NCBI GenBank assembly: GCA_045656765.1
Contig: JAZORU010000030.1
Coordinates: forward strand, 1,728 to 65,727
DNA: 64,000 nucleotides
Direction: 5' to 3'
Source of the DNA: Eubacteriales bacterium
GTDB taxonomy: Bacteria > Bacillota > Clostridia > Oscillospirales > CAG-272
The translations under genes and the position numbers were made by a program. Position 1 is the stretch's first letter; each line of letters opens with the position of its first letter. Positions 16,753-26,632 of the stretch are shown one piece after another. Under the pieces are notes generated by a model. That model was not told the origin of the DNA and did not search any database. It was given only the letters and a program-made list of their open reading frames with translations.

Positions 16753-17922
16753 TTATAAGTCAAGAATATCCGAAAGTATCCTGTTTGACACGTAAAGTCC
16801 CTCGGGTGAGAAGGCGCATTTTGCGTGTGTGTCAACGATAAAGCCTGCGTCTGCATACTCGCGTATGCGTTCTGCATATTTTGAGTCGAAATCAAAGCCG
16901 AACTTTTCTTCAAAGCGTGCCTTATCAACTCCCGCGCTTGTGCGAAGCGCAAGCATAACGTACTCGCACTCAAGCGTGCGCGCGTCTATTTCCTCAATCG
17001 AGCCTTGCGCGATGATCTTCGTAAAGTCCTCCTCGCCGCAGATATAGGCAATATATCTGTCTACGTCGGTTATGCGCGCAAAACGCTTGCCGTCGTAATA
17101 GGAATGTGCCGCAACGCCAAAGCCTATGTATTCCTCGCATCTCCAATATTTAAGGTTATGCTTTGATTTATAGCCTTTGCGTGCGTAGTTGCTTATCTCG
17201 TAGTGCGAGTAGCCCTGCGCTTGAAGCGCGGCGCGTCCCTCTCTGTACATAGCGTATTCCTCGTCCTCGGTGGGAAGCGGAAGCTCGCTTTGGTGAATAC
17301 AGAAGGGAGTGCCTTCCTCTATTCTCAGTCCGTACATTGAGATGTGCTCGGGCTCAAGCTCACATACCGTTTTCAGCGTCTCTTTAAAGCTTTCGAGCGT
17401 CTGCTCGGGGATGCCGTACATAACGTCTACGTTGATATTCTCAAAGCCCGCTTTGCGCGCCGCCTTGAAGGAAGCCAAAAAATCCTTGTATGTGTGTATT
17501 CTCGAGAGGCTCTCAAGCTCTGTGTCGTGTGCCGACTGAAGCCCGATGCTCAGTCTGTTTACACCCGAGTCAAGCAGACATTTCGCTTTGCCGCGGTCAA
17601 GCGTTGCGGGATTCGCTTCAAAGGTAAACTCAGCATCCTCCGTTACGTTGAAGCTGTCGTATATCGTGTCGGTCAGAAGCTCTATCTCGCGCTTCGAGAG
17701 AAGAGTCGGTGTGCCGCCGCCGACGTATATGCTGTCTACGACGACGCCCGCGTCCTTCAGCTCTTCGCCCGTGTGTGCGATATCAAGCATCAGCGCATCA
17801 ACGTACGCTTCCTTTTGGTTTTTGTCCTTTGGTACACCGGAGCAAAAGTCGCAGTACGCACATTTATGAAGGCAAAAGGGTATGTGTATATAAAGTCCTA
17901 TATGCCGTGTATTGTTTTCCAT
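16753..17922 (-). CDS. hemW: Radical SAM heme chaperone HemW (HemN-like)
   Basis: LYIHIPFCLHKCAYCDF, GGGTPT, EANP, HYEISNYA, HNLKYW; downstream of lepA; ATG 17922 with GGAGG RBS. Confidence 0.9.
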   Translation of the reverse strand: MENNTRHIGLYIHIPFCLHKCAYCDFCSGVPKDKNQKEAYVDALMLDIAHTGEELKDAGVVVDSIYVGGGTPTLLSKREIELLTDTIYDSFNVTEDAEFTFEANPATLDRGKAKCLLDSGVNRLSIGLQSAHDTELESLSRIHTYKDFLASFKAARKAGFENINVDVMYGIPEQTLESFKETLKTVCELEPEHISMYGLRIEEGTPFCIHQSELPLPTEDEEYAMYREGRAALQAQGYSHYEISNYARKGYKSKHNLKYWRCEEYIGFGVAAHSYYDGKRFARITDVDRYIAYICGEEDFTKIIAQGSIEEIDARTLECEYVMLALRTSAGVDKARFEEKFGFDFDSKYAERIREYADAGFIVDTHAKCAFSPEGLYVSNRILSDILDL

Positions 17923-17935
17923 GATTCCTCCGAAA

Positions 17936-19747
17936 TTATTTGTCGTCGTCAAGCTTCAATACTGCCATGAAAGCCTCGGGGCTTACCTCAACGGAGCCGA
18001 GCTTACGCATTTTCTTCTTGCCCTCTTTTTGCTTTTCAAGCAGCTTCTTCTTTCTCGTTATATCTCCGCCGTAGCACTTTGCAAGGACGTCCTTGCGGAG
18101 TGCCTTTACCGTTTCTCTTGCAATTATTTTCGAGCCTATCGCCGCCTGTATCGGTATCTCGAAAAGCTGGCGCGGGATGTTGTCCTTGAGCTTTTCCGCT
18201 ATTCTTCTGGCTCTCGGGTACGCCTTTTCCTCGTGAACGATAAAGGAAAGTGCGTCTACCACCTCGCCGTTGAGAAGGAAATCGAGCTTAACGAGCTTGC
18301 TCGCTCTGTACTCGGAAAACTCGTAGTCGAGCGAAGCGTATCCCTTCGAGCGAGACTTGAGTACGTCAAAGAAATCGTATACTATCTCGTTCAAGGGAAG
18401 TATATAGTGAAGCTCCGCGCGCTCTGTGTCGATATATTTCATATCTATAAACACGCCTCGTCTGTCCTGACAGAGATCCATAAGTCCACCGACAAACTCT
18501 ACGGGTGTGATTATGCTCGCCTTAACCACGGGCTCGCGCGCTATCTCTATTTCGTCTGCCGTCGGGAAGTTCGACGGGTTGTCTATTTTCACGCACTCGC
18601 CGCCGCGGCGAACTATCTCATAGATAACGCTCGGGGCGGTGGTTATAAGGTCAAGATTGAACTCGCGCTCAAGTCGCTCCTCTATTATTTCCATGTGCAA
18701 AAGACCAAGGAAACCGCATCTGAAGCCAAAGCCGAGAGCTATCGAGGTCTCGGGCTCGTAGATGAGCGCCGCGTCGTTTAGCTGCAGCTTTTCAAGCGCG
18801 TCGCGGAGGTCCTCGTATCTTGCGCCGTCGGCGGGATATATACCTGCGTAAACCATCGGCTGAACGCTCTTAAATCCGGGAAGTGCCTCCACAGCTCCTC
18901 CCTCTGCATGAGTGACCGTGTCTCCCACGCGAGTGTCAGCGACGTTTTTGATGCTTGCCGTGATATATCCGACCTCGCCCGCCGAGAGCGACTCGCACTT
19001 TTTAAGACCGAAGGCCTCCATAGTGCCTACCTCTACCACGTCAAACTCAACGCCCGTGCTCATCATCTTTATTCTATCGCCCGCGCGAAGAGTTCCGTCA
19101 ATTACGCGGATGTTTACGACAACACCGAGGTAGCTGTCGTAGTAAGAGTCAAATATCAGGCACTTAAGCGGAGCATCCGCATCCCCCTCGGGTGCGGGAA
19201 TATCGCGTACTATAGCTTCAAGCACGTCCTCTATATTCAGTCCGGTCTTTGCCGAAACCGCAGGACATTCCTCGGCGGGAATACCTACGACGTCCTCTAT
19301 CTCTGCACGCACGCGTCCGATGTCTGCGCTCGGAAGGTCTATTTTGTTGATAACCGGCACTATCTCAAGATCAGCATCTATCGCGAGATAAGCGTTTGCA
19401 AGCGTCTGCGCTTCAATACCTTGCGTTGCATCAACCACCAAAAGCGCACCCTCGCAGGCGTTGAGCGAGCGTGATACCTCGTAGTTGAAGTCAACGTGGC
19501 CGGGGGTGTCTATAAGGTTGAGAGTATAGACCTTGCCGTCGCGTGCCTCGTACTCTACTCGCACTGCTCTCGCCTTTATCGTGATTCCGCGCTCGCGCTC
19601 AAGGTCCATGTTGTCGAGCAGCTGCTCCTCCATGTCGCGTACCGCAACCGCACGGGTGCGCTCAAGCAGTCTGTCGGCAAGCGTGCTTTTGCCGTGATCT
19701 ATATGGGCTATTATCGAAAAATTTCTTATAAGTTCCTGTTTTGCCAC
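17936..19747 (-). CDS. lepA: Elongation factor 4
   Basis: [49 protein letters not shown]. Confidence 0.98.
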   Translation of the reverse strand: MAKQELIRNFSIIAHIDHGKSTLADRLLERTRAVAVRDMEEQLLDNMDLERERGITIKARAVRVEYEARDGKVYTLNLIDTPGHVDFNYEVSRSLNACEGALLVVDATQGIEAQTLANAYLAIDADLEIVPVINKIDLPSADIGRVRAEIEDVVGIPAEECPAVSAKTGLNIEDVLEAIVRDIPAPEGDADAPLKCLIFDSYYDSYLGVVVNIRVIDGTLRAGDRIKMMSTGVEFDVVEVGTMEAFGLKKCESLSAGEVGYITASIKNVADTRVGDTVTHAEGGAVEALPGFKSVQPMVYAGIYPADGARYEDLRDALEKLQLNDAALIYEPETSIALGFGFRCGFLGLLHMEIIEERLEREFNLDLITTAPSVIYEIVRRGGECVKIDNPSNFPTADEIEIAREPVVKASIITPVEFVGGLMDLCQDRRGVFIDMKYIDTERAELHYILPLNEIVYDFFDVLKSRSKGYASLDYEFSEYRASKLVKLDFLLNGEVVDALSFIVHEEKAYPRARRIAEKLKDNIPRQLFEIPIQAAIGSKIIARETVKALRKDVLAKCYGGDITRKKKLLEKQKEGKKKMRKLGSVEVSPEAFMAVLKLDDDK

Positions 19748-19946
19748 TTCAAACCTCTGTGTGAGTTATTTTTTAAGCTATTCATATTATTTTAGCATAT
19801 TTTAAAATGATTGTAAAGAACTTTGTAAATTTGTTTGGCGATTTTTACCCGTAATTATACTTAATATTGCATTTTAGAGGAGTGTGTGGTATACTAACTA
19901 TAATAGCCTATCTATAATCTAACGGCTGACAGGACAGTGATAATTT

Positions 19947-21815
19947 ATGCAAAAAGAAAAATATCCTCTTTTGAATAAAATAAATTCACCCGCCGATCTC
20001 AAAGCCATGCCCGAGTCGGACATGGGGGCGCTTTGCCTTGAGATACGTCGGTTCTTGGTTGAAAACGTAAAGAACACGGGCGGACATCTTGCTTCAAACC
20101 TCGGTGTAGTTGAGCTGACCGTAGCCTTGCACCGCATCTTTGATTCCCCGACGGATAAGTTTATCTTCGACGTTGGACACCAGAGCTACGTCCATAAGCT
20201 GCTGACGGGCAGGCGCGAGCTTTTTGTGACCTTGCGGCAGCCGGGCGGAATGTCCGGCTTTACGAAAAGAGCCGAGTCGGAGCACGATCCCTTCGGCGCA
20301 GGACATTCGTCAACCTCGGTCTCGGCGGCACTTGGATTTGCCGCGGCGGACAAGCTCTCGGGGAATGACGGTTTTAGCATAGCGATTCTCGGCGACGGTG
20401 CTTTCACGGGCGGTATGGTGCACGAGGCACTAAATAACTGCTCGCCCGACCTTAAGCTGATAATAATTCTCAACGAAAACGAAATGTCGATATCGAAGAA
20501 TATCGGCGGCTTTGCAAATTATATGGCGAAGATCAGAGCTTCGCGCGGATACAACAAGGCGAAGAGAAGAACGAAAAGCCTGCTCAACGCTTTCCCCAAG
20601 GCAATAGGAAAGCCTCTTTATAACGTCGCAAGAGACACAAAGCAGTTTATAAAGAACACCCTTTATTCCTCGAACTACTTTGAGGAGCTCGGGCTTTTCT
20701 ATCTCGGTCCCTGCGACGGTAACGACTACGAAAGCGTCAGCCGTATGCTTATTGAAGCAAAGGAAAAGGGCGAGAGCGTTATAGTTCACATAAAAACGAA
20801 AAAGGGCAAGGGATACCTTCCGGCCGAGCAGGAGCCGAACAAGTATCACGGGATCCTGCCGCGCGGAAAGAGCGAGTGCTATAACTTCTCGCGCGCTATG
20901 GGCGAGCATTTGTGCGCTCTTGCAGAGAAAAACGAAAAAATATGCGCCGTAACGGCGGCTATGTGCGAGAGCACGGGACTTTCACCCTTCAAGGAGAAAT
21001 ACCCCGACCGCTTCTTTGACGTAGGAATAGCAGAGGAGCACGCGCTTACCTTCTCGGCTGCGCTTGCCGCTGACGGAATGCGTCCCGTCTTTGCCGTATA
21101 CTCGTCCTTTTTGCAGAGAGGATACGACAATATTATCCACGATATAGCTATGCAGAATCTGCCCGTTTCGGTTATGATAGACCGCGGAGCGCTTGCGGCA
21201 GGCGACGGGCCGACGCATCACGGAATATACGACGTCTCAATGCTTGCGGCGGCAAATAATTTCACCCTTTACGCACCTATGAGCTTCGCTACCCTGAAGC
21301 TCGCTATGGATGAGTCGCTGTCGCTTTCATCCCCCTCTGCCGTACGTTATCCGAACAGCGCGGAGATTCCCGAAATTATGGACGCGTTTGATTTTTCGAG
21401 TCTTGATATTAAGACAAGCTATCCTGACGGCGAGGCACCGAGCACGGTTATCGTTACCTATGGCAAGATAGCGGCAGAAGCACTAAAGGCAAAAGAGGAG
21501 CTTTCGCGCGGCGGTATCCGTGTGGGTGTGGTGCTTCTTGAGAAGCTTATGCCTTATAGCGACGTAGCCCCCCGCCTTGCAGAAATTATCTCGGGCGCGG
21601 AGCATATAATTTTTCTTGAAGAGGGTATTCGCGCAGGCGGATTTGGCATGATGATGACGGATGCACTGAGAACGCATCACGCAAACGCAGTGAAGGCGGC
21701 GAGAATAGACATTCTTGCTATCGACAGCGGCTTTTGCGGCGGCGAGCGCGGTGTGGCTCTCACCGAAAGCTTAGGCATATCCTCGAAGGATATTATTGAA
21801 CTTTGTAAAAAGTAA
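19947..21815 (+). CDS. dxs: 1-deoxy-D-xylulose-5-phosphate synthase
   Basis: GGHLASNLGVVELT, DVGHQSY, GHSSTS, GDGAFTGG, DVGIAEEHA, DGPTHHG. Confidence 0.96.
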   Translation: MQKEKYPLLNKINSPADLKAMPESDMGALCLEIRRFLVENVKNTGGHLASNLGVVELTVALHRIFDSPTDKFIFDVGHQSYVHKLLTGRRELFVTLRQPGGMSGFTKRAESEHDPFGAGHSSTSVSAALGFAAADKLSGNDGFSIAILGDGAFTGGMVHEALNNCSPDLKLIIILNENEMSISKNIGGFANYMAKIRASRGYNKAKRRTKSLLNAFPKAIGKPLYNVARDTKQFIKNTLYSSNYFEELGLFYLGPCDGNDYESVSRMLIEAKEKGESVIVHIKTKKGKGYLPAEQEPNKYHGILPRGKSECYNFSRAMGEHLCALAEKNEKICAVTAAMCESTGLSPFKEKYPDRFFDVGIAEEHALTFSAALAADGMRPVFAVYSSFLQRGYDNIIHDIAMQNLPVSVMIDRGALAAGDGPTHHGIYDVSMLAAANNFTLYAPMSFATLKLAMDESLSLSSPSAVRYPNSAEIPEIMDAFDFSSLDIKTSYPDGEAPSTVIVTYGKIAAEALKAKEELSRGGIRVGVVLLEKLMPYSDVAPRLAEIISGAEHIIFLEEGIRAGGFGMMMTDALRTHHANAVKAARIDILAIDSGFCGGERGVALTESLGISSKDIIELCKK

Positions 21816-21839
21816 AAGGATTATTTTGTGAGGTCGGAT

Positions 21840-23672
21840 ATGAATTTTTCACAGAAGAAGCTACCGAAAATACTTGCTCTGCTGCTTGCATTTTTGCTCA
21901 GCGCACCGCTTGGCGCGTGCGTGACGGCAAACGCAGAGGGAGAAGAAGCACAGCCCGCAGGAGAGAGAATTCTTCACGTTAAGGCGGGCGGAGAGGGAGA
22001 CGGCTCGACGGCTGAAGCGCCTATGGCGGATATAGGCGGGGCGTTCTCCGCGCTTTCTGAGTCGGGCGGTAAAATTATCGTATACGGAAGATACGAGCTT
22101 GCTTCGGCATCTGCCCACGACAAAACGCTTGAAGCCTTCGTTGAGCCTGCACATTCGGCAAAGATTACGGTGTCGGGCGTTGATGCGTTTCTTGAATGTA
22201 AGGAAAACTACCGCTATTATATGAGTGGCTCGACACAGTTTGAGCATATCGGCATCTCCGGAAGCGGTACGCTGATAATTGCCGCGAGATACAATCCGCT
22301 TTGTATGGGCGACGGTATAAATATCGTCGGATGCTCGGACGGAGTATATCTTATAGGGGGATACAACGGCGCGAACAGCGGACTTACCGAAGAGTCGCTT
22401 TCAAAGAATTCCTCTATTGAGATAAGAAGCGGAAGCTACAGATACGTAGCCGGCTATAACAAGGGCACGGCTTCGACAAATTGCACGGGTGAGGCGAATA
22501 TAAGCGTCTCGGGCGGCAAGATAAACTGTATTGCCGCGGGCATTTCAAACCTTAGTCCCGCTTTTACGCAAAACACGATGAAAAAGCTCAACGTCAAGGT
22601 AACGGGCGGCGAGATATACAAGATATGCGACACCGATATGGCAAGCTACGGAACGCTCTCGGAGCTGTCTCTTGACTATTCGGGCGGAGCTATCGAAAAC
22701 GTAATCATCCCCGACACAACGTCGGCACAGGTCGGATTTACAGAGGAAATGAGCACGGCAATAGCGCCGTTTCTGCGCTATTTTGACACCTACAAAAAGG
22801 GAGACGGCGAGGTCTCTGCAACAGATAAAATAAAGGTAGCCTGTGTCGGAGACAGTATTACCGCAGGCGTGCGCGCAGAGGGTGAGGCTGATACCAGCTA
22901 TCCTGCGAAGCTCGGTGAAATGCTCGGCGACGCCTACGAGGTCGGTAACTTCGGCGAGGGCGGAGCTACGGTTATAAATTCGAGCGAAAGCGCGTACATA
23001 AACACACAAAAATACAAGGACAGCCAGAGCTTCGGGCCGAGCGTCGTATTTATAATGCTCGGAACGAACGACCTCTCGACGCTTATATCCGATGCTACGG
23101 CAAAGGACAGACTCTACTCGGATATGCTCTCTCTCATACAGAGCTACAGTGCACTTGAGTCAAAGCCTGTAATATACCTTCTTTCACCCACGCAGAGAAC
23201 AGACTCAAGCGAGCTTGACGCGGCGCTCAGAGATATTCTCGTTCCGCTTTACAAGCAGATAGCAGAGCAAACGCAGGTCGGCTATATCGATATATACGAG
23301 ATATCCAAGAGCATAAAAAATCAGTTCCCCGATGCGATACACCCGAACGCGACAGCCGCATCGCATATAGCGACATGGCTTTACGGCGCGGTGGTTACAA
23401 ACTCAAACATAAACGGTATAAACCCGAACACCACGCACGTTGAGCTTACGATAGGTGAAGCTCAACCCCCTGTAACAACACCCGCACCCGCTCCCGCGAA
23501 AGCGAAGGATTCGAGCGCAGGACTCGTCGTGGCTATGCTTCTGTTCGTTTTGGGTGAGGCAGGGTATTTTACCTATCTCGCAATAAAGAAGCGCGGTGAG
23601 CGCACGGGCGAAACCGAAGCGGAAGCGCAAGCCGAAACCGAAAAGGATAACGAACAGGAAAACGAAAACTGA
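21840..23672 (+). CDS. Secreted, membrane-anchored SGNH/GDSL hydrolase with N-terminal beta-rich domain
   Basis: Signal peptide; VACVGDSIT, GNFGEGG, MLGTND, DAIHP blocks; Pro-rich linker and C-terminal TM. Confidence 0.8.
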   Translation: MNFSQKKLPKILALLLAFLLSAPLGACVTANAEGEEAQPAGERILHVKAGGEGDGSTAEAPMADIGGAFSALSESGGKIIVYGRYELASASAHDKTLEAFVEPAHSAKITVSGVDAFLECKENYRYYMSGSTQFEHIGISGSGTLIIAARYNPLCMGDGINIVGCSDGVYLIGGYNGANSGLTEESLSKNSSIEIRSGSYRYVAGYNKGTASTNCTGEANISVSGGKINCIAAGISNLSPAFTQNTMKKLNVKVTGGEIYKICDTDMASYGTLSELSLDYSGGAIENVIIPDTTSAQVGFTEEMSTAIAPFLRYFDTYKKGDGEVSATDKIKVACVGDSITAGVRAEGEADTSYPAKLGEMLGDAYEVGNFGEGGATVINSSESAYINTQKYKDSQSFGPSVVFIMLGTNDLSTLISDATAKDRLYSDMLSLIQSYSALESKPVIYLLSPTQRTDSSELDAALRDILVPLYKQIAEQTQVGYIDIYEISKSIKNQFPDAIHPNATAASHIATWLYGAVVTNSNINGINPNTTHVELTIGEAQPPVTTPAPAPAKAKDSSAGLVVAMLLFVLGEAGYFTYLAIKKRGERTGETEAEAQAETEKDNEQENEN

Positions 23673-23685
23673 AACGGGTGAGCTT

Positions 23686-24675
23686 ATGGCAAAAACGCAG
23701 AATCAAAAGCTGAAGCTTCTTTGGCTGAAGGAGTTTTTAGAGAGAAATACCGACGAGGAGCACGGCGTAACGCTTGCAGAGATAACCGACTACCTTTCGG
23801 CTAACGGCATTAAGGCGGAGCGAAAGAGCCTTTATGACGATATCGAGCTTTTGCGCGAGTATTGCAATATGGACGTAGTGCTCGAAAAAAACGGCGGTCG
23901 CTTTGAATATAAGCTGCTCTCGCGTGACTTTGACCTTCACGAGCTGAAGCTTCTTGGAGACGCGGTGCAGTCCTCGAAGTTTATAACAGAGAAGAAAAGC
24001 GGCGAGCTTATCTCAAAGCTAAAGGGGCTCTGCAGCCGTCACGAAGCCGAGGCGCTCTCGCGACAGGTGCTTTGCGGCAAGGTCAAGGGCATGAACGAGA
24101 GTATATACTACTCGGTAGATGCTATATTCGACGCTATTGCAGACGAGCGCTGCATAGAGTTTAAATATTTTAATTACAACTTCAACGGCGAGAGGGAATA
24201 CCGCCGCGGAGGCGAGAGCTACGAGGTAAGCCCGTATGCGCTCACCTATTCAGAGGAAAAGTATTACCTTATCGCGCATGATTTCAAAAGCTCTCAGATA
24301 CGGCATTTCCGCGTAGACAGAATGGAGAAGATAACCAAAACCGAGCGCAAACGCAATGCCGCGCGCCTTTTCGGCGGGCTTGACCGCACGAAATATACCG
24401 ATATGCATTTCAGTATGTTCGGCGGAGAGTGTGTGCGTGTGCGCCTTGAGTTTGAAAGCTCGCTTGCAGGCGCATATTACGACCGCTTCGGTGCGGATAC
24501 CGCCGCAATAAAAACCGCCCCCGATAAGTACGAGGTCTCGGTCTCGGTCGCAGTATCCGAGCAGTTCTTCGGCTGGCTTGCGGGACTTGGCGGAGGTGCG
24601 AGGATAGTAGCCCCGAAGGAAGTAAAGGAAGAATACCGCGCCTTCCTTGAAAAAGCACTGGAAAATACGAAGTAA
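23686..24675 (+). CDS. WYL domain transcriptional regulator
   Basis: NTDEEHGVTLAEI wHTH, ERKSLYDDIELL, VSPYAL...YYLIA, RHFRVDRM, FFGWLAGLG. Confidence 0.9.
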   Translation: MAKTQNQKLKLLWLKEFLERNTDEEHGVTLAEITDYLSANGIKAERKSLYDDIELLREYCNMDVVLEKNGGRFEYKLLSRDFDLHELKLLGDAVQSSKFITEKKSGELISKLKGLCSRHEAEALSRQVLCGKVKGMNESIYYSVDAIFDAIADERCIEFKYFNYNFNGEREYRRGGESYEVSPYALTYSEEKYYLIAHDFKSSQIRHFRVDRMEKITKTERKRNAARLFGGLDRTKYTDMHFSMFGGECVRVRLEFESSLAGAYYDRFGADTAAIKTAPDKYEVSVSVAVSEQFFGWLAGLGGGARIVAPKEVKEEYRAFLEKALENTK

Positions 24676-24828
24676 TAAAAAACGGACGGCAGCCGATAAG
24701 ACTTCCGTCCGTTTTTTGCTTCTGTATCAACGAAGGGCGGAGCGCATATAATATAAAGGTACGGCGAATAAACGCATAGCGGTGCTTGGGCAGCGCCAAA
24801 ATTATTTTCCGTTTTTTAAAAAAAGATG

Positions 24829-24857
24829 TTGACAACACATCGCCTCTGTGCTATAAT
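24829..24857 (+). promoter_or_regulatory. Consensus sigma-A promoter of tRNA-Cys
   Basis: TTGACA 24829-24834, 17 nt, TGcTATAAT ending 24857. Confidence 0.85.
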
Positions 24858-24891
24858 AGCTTGCGTGTTAAAACACGGAAGTAAATAAATC

Positions 24892-24965
24892 GGCGCCATA
24901 GCCAAGCGGTAAGGCATGGGTCTGCAAAACCTTGATCCCCAGTTCAAATCTGGGTGGCGCCTCCA
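24892..24965 (+). tRNA. tRNA-Cys (GCA)
   Basis: GGCGCCA/TGGCGCC acceptor stem, TAGCCAAGCGGTAAGGC D-arm, ctGCAaa anticodon loop, GTTCAAATC T-loop, TCCA end. Confidence 0.96.
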
Positions 24966-25002
24966 AAAAATGTCGAAAGCTCTGCTTTCAGGATTTTTTT
25001 AT

Positions 25003-25192
25003 TCAAGCCGACAGGCTTGGTATATTATCACGCAGTATGCGTGTATATCATCAACACGGCAACGCCGTGTTGTATCTCATCACACCGTAGGTGTGTATCA
25101 AAAAAACTGTCGGCTTGATGATATACAAAACTTGCGTTTTGATGATATGCAACGGTTTCACCGTTGATGATATACAATGCTCCGCATTGATT
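25003..25192. repeat. Multi-hairpin repeat element (3x GTATATCATCA-like facing 3x TGATGATATAC-like)
   Basis: Units at 25020, 25043, 25072 and inverted units at 25116, 25140, 25165, each followed by a short hairpin; 12-bp IR TCAAGCCGACAG (25003) / CTGTCGGCTTGA (25107). Confidence 0.8.
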
Positions 25193-25235
25193 TTTTACCG
25201 CTTTTATGCTATAATACACCTAAAGAGGTGATTTT

Positions 25236-25769
25236 ATGGAAATTAAAGCAAAGTGCAAATACGATTTAGATTCAGTAAAAGCATTAACACATTTAACAAT
25301 GTATAAAAAATCTGACCCTAGAAAGCGATTAATATTTTGGTCTACTGCTTTTGCGATTTTCTTTATAATCATAATTTTAGAAATTATTGCTTTTGGCTTT
25401 GATACAATTTTGGCTGTGTTACTCGGTGTAGAAATTTTTGGACTATTGCTGATATACTTTTGGTATTTTATTATTCCAAAGATACAATACAAATCATTAG
25501 CAAAAATGCAAAATGCAGAAAATCAGTACATCTTTTGTGATGATGTGTTGAAGGCATTTACTAAAAGCCAAGAATATAATGGTGAAGCAGAAATCGAATA
25601 TTCTTTGTTTGTAAAAGCCTATGAAACATCGAAGTATTTGTTTTTGTATCAAACAAACAATCAAGTTTTTATTGTTGATAAAAATACTATTGAAGGCGGA
25701 ACTGTCGAAGAAATCAGAAATAAATTATCTGCTTTCGTAACGAATAAGTATATTGTTTGTAAATATTAA
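25236..25769 (+). CDS. YcxB-like membrane protein, AT-rich
   Basis: Two N-terminal TM helices, then EIEYSLFVKAYETSKYLFLY...FIVDK PH-like domain. Confidence 0.75.
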   Translation: MEIKAKCKYDLDSVKALTHLTMYKKSDPRKRLIFWSTAFAIFFIIIILEIIAFGFDTILAVLLGVEIFGLLLIYFWYFIIPKIQYKSLAKMQNAENQYIFCDDVLKAFTKSQEYNGEAEIEYSLFVKAYETSKYLFLYQTNNQVFIVDKNTIEGGTVEEIRNKLSAFVTNKYIVCKY

Positions 25770-25817
25770 AAAATCTTCGGTTTTCAGGCACTTTAATTCG
25801 TGCCACTAAGTTCAAAC

Positions 25818-25891
25818 TACCCAAAAATCCCGTTCACGAAAGTGGGCGGGATTTTTGGGTAGTAAGAAGTAAGAAGTAATAGGTAATAAGT
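25818..25891. repeat. Terminator hairpin plus heptamer repeats, related to 6771-6895
   Basis: CTACCCAAAAATCCCG..CACGAAAGTG..CGGGATTTTTGGGTAG, then AGTAAGA-AGTAAGA-AGTAATA-GGTAATA. Confidence 0.65.
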
Positions 25892-25940
25892 ATTGCACCG
25901 TCACCGTTTTTATGCTATAATACACATAGGTGGTGATGAT

Positions 25941-26468
25941 GTGAAAAAATACACACTTAAAAGAATAGTGCTTTCGGCTTTGTTTTTGGGCATAGGGCTT
26001 GCTCTGCCGCTTCTTACAAGCCAAATAAAAGAGATAGGCGACACTTTGCTTCCGATGCATCTTCCGGTTATGCTATGCGGGCTTATTTGCGGTGCAAAAT
26101 ACGGCGGATTAGTGGGGCTTGCCCTGCCTGTCGTGCGCGCTTTGACCTTCGGCATGCCGCCTATTTATCCCAATGCGGTCTGGATGGCGGCGGAGCTTGC
26201 GGCATACGGCTTTGTTGTGGGCGACATATATGAACGTTTCAAGCGCAAAAACACGGTTGCGGTATGCGTCAGCTTGATTATTTCGATGATAGCTGGCAGA
26301 ATAGTATGGGGAATAAGTAAGGCACTGCTGCTTGGTGTCGGGGGCAAGAGCTTTGGAATTTCGGCGTTTATTGCCGGGGGATTTGTTGATGCGCTTCCCG
26401 GAATTATTATTCAGCTTGTGCTGATTCCCTTGATAATGAAGACGGTGAATAAAGGCAGAAAGAAATAA
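25941..26468 (+). CDS. ECF transporter S component
   Basis: LLPMHLPVMLCGLICG, MAAELAAYG, GIIIQLVLIP; multi-TM; GTG start after GGTGGTGA. Confidence 0.85.
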   Translation: MKKYTLKRIVLSALFLGIGLALPLLTSQIKEIGDTLLPMHLPVMLCGLICGAKYGGLVGLALPVVRALTFGMPPIYPNAVWMAAELAAYGFVVGDIYERFKRKNTVAVCVSLIISMIAGRIVWGISKALLLGVGGKSFGISAFIAGGFVDALPGIIIQLVLIPLIMKTVNKGRKK

Positions 26469-26632
26469 CGTATAAAAACAGCGGGGTCAGGATGATTTTG
26501 AACGCCGCTATATTATCAAAAATATGCTATAAAATATCGCAAATGTGCTCTTTTTTGTCAAAATCACACTTGAAAAGATATTCTCTTTTTGCTAAAATTT
26601 AATTAGAAAAAACTTTTTCTTTGGAGAGCGAA

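Noticed and set aside
23686..24675. WYL regulator as marker of a defence island
   Set aside because: Neighbours are dxs, a GDSL hydrolase and tRNA-Cys; no defence effectors seen.
25003..25192. CRISPR array
   Set aside because: Repeats are ~11 bp, switch orientation halfway, spacers are 11-18 bp hairpins, and no cas genes are present.
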